In this document: positions 7,804-16,216 of the stretch, in pieces
Layout: each line of letters begins with the position of its first letter
Numbering within the stretch: position 1 is the stretch's first letter
NCBI GenBank assembly: GCA_963704755.1
Contig: OY969938.1
Span: 2,400,001 to 2,432,000, forward strand
Length of the DNA stretch: 32,000 nt
Direction of reading: 5' to 3'
Source: an uncultured Chloroflexia bacterium
GTDB lineage: Bacteria > Chloroflexota > Anaerolineae > Anaerolineales > Anaerolineaceae
Notes under the pieces: model-generated
Database searches by the model: none
What the model saw: only the letters and a program-made list of their open reading frames with translations
Told to the model about the DNA's origin: nothing
Translations under genes and position numbers: made by a program

Positions 7804-9621
7804 TGTATTTCTTCCTTATCGGTGTATTTCCAATTCCTATTACTATTTTTGATTCATAATTGATATAGACATAATATGCCAATGATTGTGACCAATCTTC
7901 GGCACCTGGACCAGTAACAAGTTCACCACCTTTTCCATAAGTTGAAGCATATGGATATTTTTTACAATCCAGGATTGGATTGGTGTTTTGAGGTCCAGGT
8001 GGGGAAATTTCACAACCTGCCAGAGTATCTGGCGGTGGTTCTGGATAAGTAATATTTCCAGAAGCATCAACTGTCGGTTTATATGGATCCCAATGGCACC
8101 CTCCCATACCCAGGCAATCCCAAGTTCCTAACTCTTGCATCAACCCATAAGATAATTGATTTCCAGTTTGATAATCCCATACGTGTCCAAATTCATGAAC
8201 GAAAGTATGTTTATAATAATCATCATAACCTGTTTGTAAATCGTCAAAAACAATATCCCCCAATAGAGGTTCCCAAATCCCTGGAGGAGACATAGCTCCT
8301 AATCCATGAATTTTATTTATCCTCAAACTCTTTACAGCAACATTCATTTTCCCATTCATTTTAGAATTCAAATCAATAGCCGCTTGTTTTATCAGCTTCA
8401 GTTCATCAAGTATCCAATTGCCCTTTCTCCATTCACAAGAGGTTTTCTCACGGGGATTTGGAATATACCCTGTAACCGAAATTGGTCCCCAATCTTTTTT
8501 TATGGTTATTCCGAAAGTTAGCAAATCTTTCAAATATTGATCAGCTGCACCCGTTTCGCTCTGCTCAATATGCCCAGTTGGATCTTTGTAATTAATTGGG
8601 TCCCCGGTGACATATAACCAGGAGTTATAGGACATGGGGTTTCTAACATTAGTTGGCCAGATATCCTTGCTGACAAACCTTCCGTCTGCCGGCTGGTAGT
8701 ACCTCGCCCGCATATAGACCAGCCCGGTCAGTGCATCATAATCTTCTCCGGTAAAAGCGTAATCTGTGGTGGCGGTTCCTTGGCTCTCCAGCACCTCCCC
8801 ATACGGCGCATAGCTCTGAGTCAAAGTGACCTCGCCCTCCTCGTCGGTCATCTGCCGTACACTGCCCAGTGCATCCGGCAGGAAGTAACCGGTCTGGGTC
8901 TCACTCACCTGGGCAATGCGATTTACACCATACAGGTAGCTATTCGTCCCATCCTGCAGCACCTGGGTCAGCCCGGCGTTCAGGTCCAGGGTGTAGTGGG
9001 TGGTCACGCCGTTCTCAAACTGGCTGAGCCGATCACGTTGTACGTGTAACCTACTGTCAAGCCGCTGTTGCTGACCGCGGCCAATTGGTTGGCATGATTG
9101 TAGATGTAGGTGTATACACCATCATTGAGTAAATTACCGTTGTCGTCCCAGGTGTAATTGGCCCCGTTGATTGTGGCGATACGGTTGGCATCGTCGTAAG
9201 TATATATTTTGACCACCTCTGGCATAAGTGGGTTCACCACTTTGGTTTCCTCCAGGCGATTTCCAACCGCATCATACTGGTAATGGAAGTATAGCCCCGA
9301 ATCATAATCTGCAGCGGTCAGACGGTTGAGCGGGTCGTAGCTGTAGTCGATGGTCAGGCTGTTCGGCGGGGTACCTTCCTCACGGGCCGGTGCGGCCTGT
9401 ACCTTGATGGCGATTTCCGGCAGACCGAAACCGGTTATGTCCTCGACTTTTTCGTTCAAAGGTGGGTTGGGGCGTTCGGCCCACATATTGCCGGCACTTT
9501 GCTTAGTCGCTGCTGTAACCGGGTGAGATGCTCCTTCCCAAAACGTTTTTTCTTGTTTCTTATCCTCGCTGGTACTGAAAAGCCCACTCAGCCAATCCAA
9601 TGGACTGCCGGACAAGGCCAA
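7775..9621 (-). pseudogene. C6: rhs C-terminal module with a HExxH metallopeptidase tip, split by a 7-bp deletion
   Basis: ORFs 9004..9621 and 7775..9007 are one reading frame interrupted at ~9036/9037. Relative to C7, the 7 nt 'ccaggcc' (the GLGD codons) are missing. HEFGH is at 8183-8197. There is no ATG at the 5' end; the tracked start is a TTG. Confidence 0.8.
8103..9016. repeat. Copy B of the tandem duplication block (partner at 5762-6675)
   Basis: See copy A. Confidence 0.9.
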
Positions 9622-9695
9622 TAGCGAACCACCGGGGAAAAGGCGGATAAAACCAACTCGCTACGAAAACCGCCCAAAGGTCCTCAAATCCCAGA

Positions 9696-10307
9696 TCATT
9701 TATTTTTAGGTGGCTCACTATCGTCCTGAAGATGAAATGACCATGTCCATTCTGAACCAGCCAGCCGGGTTTGACGAAGAATAATCCCTCGTGGATTGTT
9801 TTCCTTTGACCCTGTCACGATCAAGACAACTTCGTCAGGCATTTCAATCACTTCATTTTCACAATAATCGATGGCTGTAAAAAGCTGTGGATCAATTCCT
9901 CCACCTTCTCGATTGAAAATCGAATCTAGCTCACCAGCTCGCTTCATACCTGTAAAATGCAGCCTTATATATCCACTATCTCTATATTCTATCCACCAGT
10001 TCATCCAATCACTAGCATATTTCTTCCCTTCATCTGGATTGATGTAGATTTGTTTATAAGTCCCATCTTCCTTTATTATCAACAAATCTTCATCATGAAG
10101 ACCATAATTGGCAATCCATTTTCCAATTAAATCGGATTCTTTGAAATTGGTGGGCAACGGAGGGCACAGACTCAACTCAACCGTCTCTGTGGATGAAATA
10201 GCTTGTCGGTTTGTAAGTGAATCTAGGCCCTTACAAGAAGTCGTTGAAACAAGGAACAAAACTGTAAAAATTAATCTTTTTAATAAATGTGCCACTTCAC
10301 ACCCCAT
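9696..10307 (-). CDS. Putative secreted or lipoprotein immunity protein for the C5 tip
   Basis: The ATG at 10305-10307 overlaps the toxin TAA (10307-10309) as TAATG. Signal-peptide-like HLLKRLIFTVLFLVSTTSC. AT-rich. No recognised family. Confidence 0.5.
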   Translation of the reverse strand: MGCEVAHLLKRLIFTVLFLVSTTSCKGLDSLTNRQAISSTETVELSLCPPLPTNFKESDLIGKWIANYGLHDEDLLIIKEDGTYKQIYINPDEGKKYASDWMNWWIEYRDSGYIRLHFTGMKRAGELDSIFNREGGGIDPQLFTAIDYCENEVIEMPDEVVLIVTGSKENNPRGIILRQTRLAGSEWTWSFHLQDDSEPPKNK

Positions 10308-11605
10308 TATTGAATATCTATCAATTGTAGATAAAATGGCCATGGAATTTTCTGTTGTAAACACCCCAAACTATGTTCACTCCATCTGAACGTTTGATAC
10401 ATATTTCCGCCTCCCATCAAGAATCCAGTTTCCCCACGTGTTCTTGGTTCCAGAATGGCCACAATTTCTGGATAACGGAGAAGAATATCTATAACACCCT
10501 CATTTTCCATGTCCTTATGCTCTTGAACAAATTGTTCTAAGGTGTAAGGGTTATTGCGTTCCTCGAAAGGTGGAAAACGCGTTGGTATATGGGTGCCTGA
10601 AGCTAAGTCAGTTCGGTTGATTATCTCGAATTCAACTCTATCAGTTGACGACTTTTCCACCCTGTAATCAAAAGAACCTAAAAAATGTGTTATAGGAAAG
10701 AAAAATTCACCTGTCGAAAAATTAATTCCATCGATTAAGGCCAGAATAAATTCTGGTGGATTAAATTTGCTTTCTTTTGGCGTTGTAATATCTCCAAACT
10801 TATAAAATTCTTTTCGTACAGCATCTAATAAGATAGATCGTGCCAATTCATTTGTAAGTGCGTCATTACGGTTAAATAATACTGTGTCTGGCCCACGTTC
10901 ACAAAGGTAGTCAGCTACTAGATCTATGGCACTCTCCGGCTTAGTCCATCTCGGATCAAGGCAATTAAACCGATTGTTCCATGGATTCTTTTGACTCAAA
11001 GATAATAAAAGTGGACCAGCTTGACTATATAAAGCTTTAGCGGCTATTACTGTATTCTTTGCAGTATCTGCACAACCTATAAAAGGAATGTCACATAAAA
11101 GTGGTGAATAACCAGAAGGGTCCGTTTGATTTAAGACATTATTTTTAACATAAATCCAATTATTAAGTGAGAGAGGGTCTGAGGGATTCCCTGCCCATGT
11201 ATCCTTGCTGACAAACCGCCCGTCCCCCGGCTGGTAGTACCTCGCCCGCATATAGACCAGCCCGGTCAGTGCATCACAATCTTCTCCAGTGAAAGCGTAC
11301 GCCGTAGTGGTGGTTCCTTGGCTCTCCAGCACCTCCCCATACGGCGTATAGCTCTGCGTCAAAGTGACCTCGCCCTCCGCGTCGGTCATCTGCCGTACAC
11401 TGCCCAGTGCATCCGGCAGGAAGTAACCGGTCTGGGTCTCACTCACCTGGGCAATGCGATTTACACCATACAGGTAGCTATTCGTCCCATCCTGCAGCAC
11501 CTGGGTCAGCCCGGCGTTCAGGTCCAGGGTATAGGTCTTCAGTATGTCACTGGTGGTAGAGGCAAGACGGTCTCCCTGCCTGACGTAATTATAGTTGATT
11601 GCTAG
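10307..11605 (-). CDS. C5: orphan rhs C-terminal module with a tip of unknown function (~265 aa)
   Basis: The frame is open from 11605 (TAG at 11606-11608). The A-type core reads ...TYTLDLNAGLTQVLQDGTNSYLYGVNRIAQ...YMRARYYQPGDGRFVSKD...NQTDPSGY. The tip starts at ~11107. No ATG; GTG at 11500. Confidence 0.75.
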   Translation of the reverse strand, partial: LAINYNYVRQGDRLASTTSDILKTYTLDLNAGLTQVLQDGTNSYLYGVNRIAQVSETQTGYFLPDALGSVRQMTDAEGEVTLTQSYTPYGEVLESQGTTTTAYAFTGEDCDALTGLVYMRARYYQPGDGRFVSKDTWAGNPSDPLSLNNWIYVKNNVLNQTDPSGYSPLLCDIPFIGCADTAKNTVIAAKALYSQAGPLLLSLSQKNPWNNRFNCLDPRWTKPESAIDLVADYLCERGPDTVLFNRNDALTNELARSILLDAVRKEFYKFGDITTPKESKFNPPEFILALIDGINFSTGEFFFPITHFLGSFDYRVEKSSTDRVEFEIINRTDLASGTHIPTRFPPFEERNNPYTLEQFVQEHKDMENEGVIDILLRYPEIVAILEPRTRGETGFLMGGGNMYQTFRWSEHSLGCLQQKIPWPFYLQLIDIQ

Positions 11606-11650
11606 CTACTAGCGGCGAATAGTTGTCAACCAATCGGAACTACAACCTCT

Positions 11651-12068
11651 TTATTTTGTTTCTGAATACCCAACCATATAGCGCTGCCCATCAACGACAA
11701 TGCTATTTGCTTCGATGAGCAACGATGCAGACCAAATTTCTAAAACAAAATTAGCACTAATTGATTTTTCAATAAACCTTCCGTAAGAAGAATTTCTGTT
11801 AATCAACATATTTTCTCCTGGTAAATATGAAATTGAAGTTAATTCAGCATATTGCCATGCGGCATTTTGAAAACGATTTTCCCCATCTCCGCCAACAAAG
11901 TAAAACGACGAAACGTTCTCCAAAATAACATAATGCTGAATAATTCGGTCTCGAGTTCTCATTATAAAAGCTAATTGAAATCAAATGTCCGCATAAATCA
12001 ACAGAGAAATCTGTGATTATCCCACCTGTAAATTCGAGAAACGATTTTTCAAAAAAGTCTTTATCCAT
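11651..12068 (-). CDS. Putative immunity protein for the C4 tip (two overlapping ORFs; possible frameshift near 11950)
   Basis: The ATG at 12066-12068 lies 2 nt after the corrected toxin stop (TAG 12071-12073). ORFs 11844..12068 and 11651..11962 overlap in different frames. It could be one ~140-aa gene or a 103-aa gene starting at 11962. Confidence 0.4.
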
Positions 12069-12070
12069 TT

Positions 12071-13350
12071 CTATCTTATCCTTTTCGCGGTATCAATCAA
12101 TCGAATAATGTCATCATATGATGTTGACGTGAATGCGTGATGGGCTTCCGCAAGAATATTCGAATAATAATCACCTTGAAGTGGTAAAGAACCTTTGCCA
12201 TCTACACTCACTCGCCAATATGGTTCATTTCGAATTCCACCACTATTTATTATTCTAACAACAATATCACGGTTTCCTGCCCCTTTCTTTATTGTAACCC
12301 GCCAGCCATTTCCTTGAGCAGGACCAAAATCGCCACCTGTATTGTTCGCAACTTTTTGAGATAAAGCTTCACGTTCAGCAGGTGTATCATAAGGTTTATT
12401 GCTTCCTCCAGTAGAACTTGAGAAATAATATTGGGCAGTGGGTCCACCATCTCTTTAACAACCAGGTGCCCGAGCATCAGCGCACCATGCCCAGCAAGCG
12501 CCATACTTATTGTCGCTACGGGAATGCCCGCAATAGCCCCTTCCCCAGTCAAGGATATTCCACCCCCTCCAACCATTCCAGCGAGCCCAAACCCAATTTC
12601 AGCAGCAGCCTGGACAAAAACAAAGGCCCGGCCATAATATCGACCTGCAACCACCTCTGGATTACGAAGATTGTACGAAGCTCCACACTCAAATAACTCA
12701 TCCGCTAGGGCATGCGCAATCGATGAAACGCCTATTATGCTTATTGCATCCAGGTATTCATGGGCAAACCCGTAGATAAAGCCGAGAGCTTGGTTGCTAT
12801 TTTGGCTGAGCATACCGAAAATTTCAGCTTGATGCTTGTAGAAACCTGCCCACTTTTGAGTTTCCTCTTCATTGCACGTTCGCCCAGGACCAACCGAAAA
12901 TCCCGCCACACACCAATTTCCACTCGGGTCGATTAATATGATTGGATTGGCATTTGCATAAGCCCAATAGTTATAGGAAATTGGTTGATACTCATTTCCG
13001 TCCCAAGTATCCTTAGAAATGAATTTTCCATCCCCACCAGCATAATACCGTGCCCGCGGATAAACCAGCCCCGTCTGTGGATCGTAATTTTCTCCGGTAA
13101 AGGCATAACCTGTCTCGGCCTCCCCATCACTGGCCAGCTCTTCCCCGTACGGTTCATAGCTACGGTTCAGGCGTACTTCACCCGCCTCGTCCACCAACTG
13201 GCGCACCGATCCAAGCGTGTCGCCAATAAAATACTCGGTTGAATCTGAGCCTTCTTGCTCCAGCCGGCTGTTTCTGTAAAGGTAGGTCTTTGCTCCGTCA
13301 GCCAATTTCTGGGTGAGTGCCCAAGGGGCGTGCTCCGCACGTATGTTCAA
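12071..13350 (-). CDS. C4: orphan rhs C-terminal module; the tip has a Gly-rich hydrophobic segment and a hidden C-terminal domain recovered across a frameshift at ~12452
   Basis: B-type core ...STEYFIGDTLGSVRQLVDEAGEVRLNRSYEPYGE...ARYYAGGDGKFISKD...LIDPSGN, with the tip from ~12915. The tracked ORF ends in low-quality sequence at 12289. The adjacent frame is open from ~12455 to TAG 12071-12073 and encodes ~128 aa (RDGGPTAQYYF...GNGWRVTIKKGAGNRDIVVRIINSGG...AEAHHAF...TAKRIR). Confidence 0.7.
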
Positions 13351-13520
13351 GCCTGTGTTGTTAACGATCCTTCCTTTCGTAGTATCTCTATAGGAAACCC
13401 AAATGGATCATTTCAATACGCTTTGTTGGAAAGCCCAAAGTGCATACTTGATAATCGTGAAAGCGCTAGGTGGTTTTTGGAATTGCATATGTATGAATAA
13501 TTCAAAAGTAAAAGTCGAAA

Positions 13521-14405
13521 TTATCCAACAAATCCCGAATTGATCAAACGAATTGAATAATGTAGGACAGGGAATAGGGCGGTCAAATGGATATTTAATT
13601 GTTCTAAAGAATTGTATCCCCACACAATTATTGGTGAAAATTTCGATCCTATTATTTGAAAAGCAGGAGTGGAATAATTTAAAAACAAAAAAGTCGGTAA
13701 TGGCATTTCTCTAACTATTTTCGATCCTATATTTTGTTGAGCATTTGTGTGATGCTCTTTTAATATAATAGCGAATTCGAATCCTTTAGGCTCTAGGATT
13801 AAGTAATTATGGAATTCAAATTCAACAGTACGATTTGATTTCTTTTTTCTTGCGACTAAGATTTCCCTATCATTTTTATATTCTAAATGGTAATCGTACT
13901 TTGTAAATAAATCACCATACATTGCTATTATAGAACTCTGAAAATCAATATTATCTTCACGATCAATTTCATAGTAATTTACTGATGACGGATTATCCAG
14001 CCATGGAATACCATACTTGATAATTTTTTCTATTGCATCCTTCAGCTTAACTTCAAACTCCTCCTTGTTTCTTGCTTCCCACCAATTTGCCTCAACTTCG
14101 TCTGTTTGAGCAAAATTGTACCTGATCAAGTCGGCTAAGCGACTAAACAGCGGAACTTGATAATCCGGGCTATCATTTGGAACTAATGGAATTCGATAAA
14201 TGTTTACAGTAAACGAATAGGATATAGGTATTTCATTATATTGTCGCCTTTGAAATTGGACCTTTTTTATTACTTTAGCATCAACCAAGGACTCAAATTC
14301 GTACATTACATTACTAATACCTTGTGCATTATGTTCTACATCGTAATAACCGAATTGATTTAATGCCGGATCAACCAAGGAGTGGAATATTTGTAATAAA
14401 GTCAT
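13521..14405 (-). CDS. Putative immunity protein for the C3 nuclease-like tip (294 aa, unknown family)
   Basis: AT-rich ORF 57 nt downstream of the C3 stop, on the same strand. No signal peptide. Confidence 0.45.
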   Translation of the reverse strand: MTLLQIFHSLVDPALNQFGYYDVEHNAQGISNVMYEFESLVDAKVIKKVQFQRRQYNEIPISYSFTVNIYRIPLVPNDSPDYQVPLFSRLADLIRYNFAQTDEVEANWWEARNKEEFEVKLKDAIEKIIKYGIPWLDNPSSVNYYEIDREDNIDFQSSIIAMYGDLFTKYDYHLEYKNDREILVARKKKSNRTVEFEFHNYLILEPKGFEFAIILKEHHTNAQQNIGSKIVREMPLPTFLFLNYSTPAFQIIGSKFSPIIVWGYNSLEQLNIHLTALFPVLHYSIRLINSGFVG

Positions 14406-14462
14406 TATAAAATCGCTCCATTAAATTAATTGTGAAAATTTCAAATTGATGCAATCTGAGGA

Positions 14463-15521
14463 CTAAGGGATTGCTCCAGCAAGGGCAGGAATCACCCACT
14501 CATCGCCGGGTATTGGATCTAACAGCGTCACGGTAATTCCTACAGCAATCAAAATTTGAATGCACTTTTGTGTGTACGCTGGTTGAGGAAGCCCAGAAAT
14601 TTCCTTACTCTCCTTTTTCTCCATCGATTTAGTTTGCTTATTGTATTCGTACATATATTTGGGTACTGGAATTGAGACAGGAATTTTATCTTTACGAACA
14701 CTCTTATATATAATTACTCCTGATGAACTCATCGAGGACATTATAATAGAGCCAGAATAATAAGGATTGACCCCTACAATATCCCACCCATTCACGACCC
14801 ATTTATAATTAGTGCCTTTTCGAAGTGATTTTGGGGTTTTGGGATCTGGCAGTGCATTGTATACGTCAACATACCATTGTATTTCAGCCGCACCTTGAAC
14901 CAATTGCTTTTCGTTCTTAATCTCAAAAGCTTCTTTAGTAGTTTCGTTTACAATATCAATATAACCTATATTTCCAGTCGGTGTGCCAATAAGAATCGGT
15001 ACTCCGTTGTCATCACTTAAGCCTAAATTTGCTTTTGATCCACCACGTACAGGAAATTCTGGTATTACGATTTTTCCCATCCCATAAGTTGTCTCATAAT
15101 GCATTTGGATCATTCTATGTATTAGCTCTCCAGAATATAATCCTGTTGGATCAAAATAATTTATTGGATTCGCTTGGGTATACAGCCAATTATTATAAGA
15201 CATTGGCAGATAATAATTACCTTGCCAAATATCGCTAGATAGGAATCTGCCATTATTGACAGCATAATACCTGGCCCGTAAATAAACCAGCCCGGTCTGT
15301 GGATCGTAATTTTCTCCGGTAAAGGCATAATCTGTCTCGGCTTCGCCATCAGCCGTCAATATTTCTCCATACGGTTCATAGCTACGGTTCAGGCGTACTT
15401 CACCCGCCTCGTCCACCAACTGGCGCACCGATCCAAGCGCGTCGCCAATGAAATACTCCGTCGAAACGGCGCTTTTGGGATGGGTTCGTATTGGTTTGGT
15501 AAAGAGCAAACCGTCATTCAT
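14463..15521 (-). CDS. C3: orphan rhs C-terminal module with a PD-(D/E)xK-like nuclease tip and a hydrophobic C-terminal tail
   Basis: B-type core homology starts only at STEYFIGDALGSVRQLV (about 15460). The core ends at ...NYFDPTGL and the tip starts at ~15137. Motifs are EFPV ... YIDIVNETTKEAFEIKN (E-I-K at 14916-14924). The tail is GLPQPAY plus a hydrophobic stretch. It has its own ATG (15519-15521) in a non-homologous 20-codon leader. Confidence 0.75.
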   Translation of the reverse strand: MNDGLLFTKPIRTHPKSAVSTEYFIGDALGSVRQLVDEAGEVRLNRSYEPYGEILTADGEAETDYAFTGENYDPQTGLVYLRARYYAVNNGRFLSSDIWQGNYYLPMSYNNWLYTQANPINYFDPTGLYSGELIHRMIQMHYETTYGMGKIVIPEFPVRGGSKANLGLSDDNGVPILIGTPTGNIGYIDIVNETTKEAFEIKNEKQLVQGAAEIQWYVDVYNALPDPKTPKSLRKGTNYKWVVNGWDIVGVNPYYSGSIIMSSMSSSGVIIYKSVRKDKIPVSIPVPKYMYEYNKQTKSMEKKESKEISGLPQPAYTQKCIQILIAVGITVTLLDPIPGDEWVIPALAGAIP

Positions 15522-15665
15522 TTTTCTGGATAATGTCGGATCACGATTTAAGTTTTTCTCAAACTGTTCGTGGAGGGGTATTCGGTCATTCTAATAATTG
15601 AATAATCAAGGTTACCCTAAACGAGGGCGAAAGAAGCTGGGTTCACGTCTATTTTTCTTGTCTTT

Positions 15666-16184
15666 TTACTCTTGTTCAAAGGTCGTTAGTTGTTCGATTT
15701 TCTCGAGTATGATTTGTCGCAAATCCTCCAATTCCGGGATCATTTTTCCAGATTCTTGTGCTAACTGAATAACAAGCGTTGGAGGTGATCTATGTCTTGA
15801 ATGTATATGGGTAAATATTCTTTTTTTCAGGTTAGGCTCATGGTTTACTTCACTCTCTTTTTCCCCCAATTCATCGCGGTATGCCATAGTAATTTTTGCG
15901 TCTGTGTCGCTCAATATCTCTAGCAACCTTATGAGGGCGCTCATTTTCTCTCTTAATAGCTCATCTTCCATACCATCGGATGCTACTAAAAATTGTCTTT
16001 GAACTCGATCCATGTTTGGACCAAAATACTCGTTGTCAAAATCTGCTAAGCCTGAAGCATGATTAACAATGTAACTTTTTGCTAGGCTAAAACAGGTTTC
16101 TGCTAATTGTGCCAGGAATCTAAGGAATTCTTGATACGACACATCAATGATTGTTCCATCACCATAAATATCAAATTTAGTCAT
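15666..16184 (-). CDS. Putative immunity protein for the C2 tip (172 aa, unknown family)
   Basis: The ATG lies 32 nt downstream of the C2 stop, with an AGGA-type RBS. Acidic, helical-looking, AT-rich. Confidence 0.45.
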   Translation of the reverse strand: MTKFDIYGDGTIIDVSYQEFLRFLAQLAETCFSLAKSYIVNHASGLADFDNEYFGPNMDRVQRQFLVASDGMEDELLREKMSALIRLLEILSDTDAKITMAYRDELGEKESEVNHEPNLKKRIFTHIHSRHRSPPTLVIQLAQESGKMIPELEDLRQIILEKIEQLTTFEQE

Positions 16185-16216
16185 GTTTTATCCTGTGTAG
16201 TTCACACGGTAGTTAA

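Noticed and set aside
5440-9016. A diversity-generating retroelement (template/variable repeat) as the explanation for the identical-then-divergent duplicate cassettes.
   Set aside because: No reverse transcriptase gene is in the window. The divergence extends through a whole downstream gene and includes indels, not adenine-specific substitutions in a short variable repeat.
9004-9621. C6 as a complete small rhs gene with its own N-terminus (MALSGSPLDWLSG...).
   Set aside because: The 'M' is a TTG in a frame that stays open to a TAG just downstream of the preceding immunity gene. There is no ATG or RBS, no signal or secretion domain, and far too few YD repeats to form an Rhs shell.
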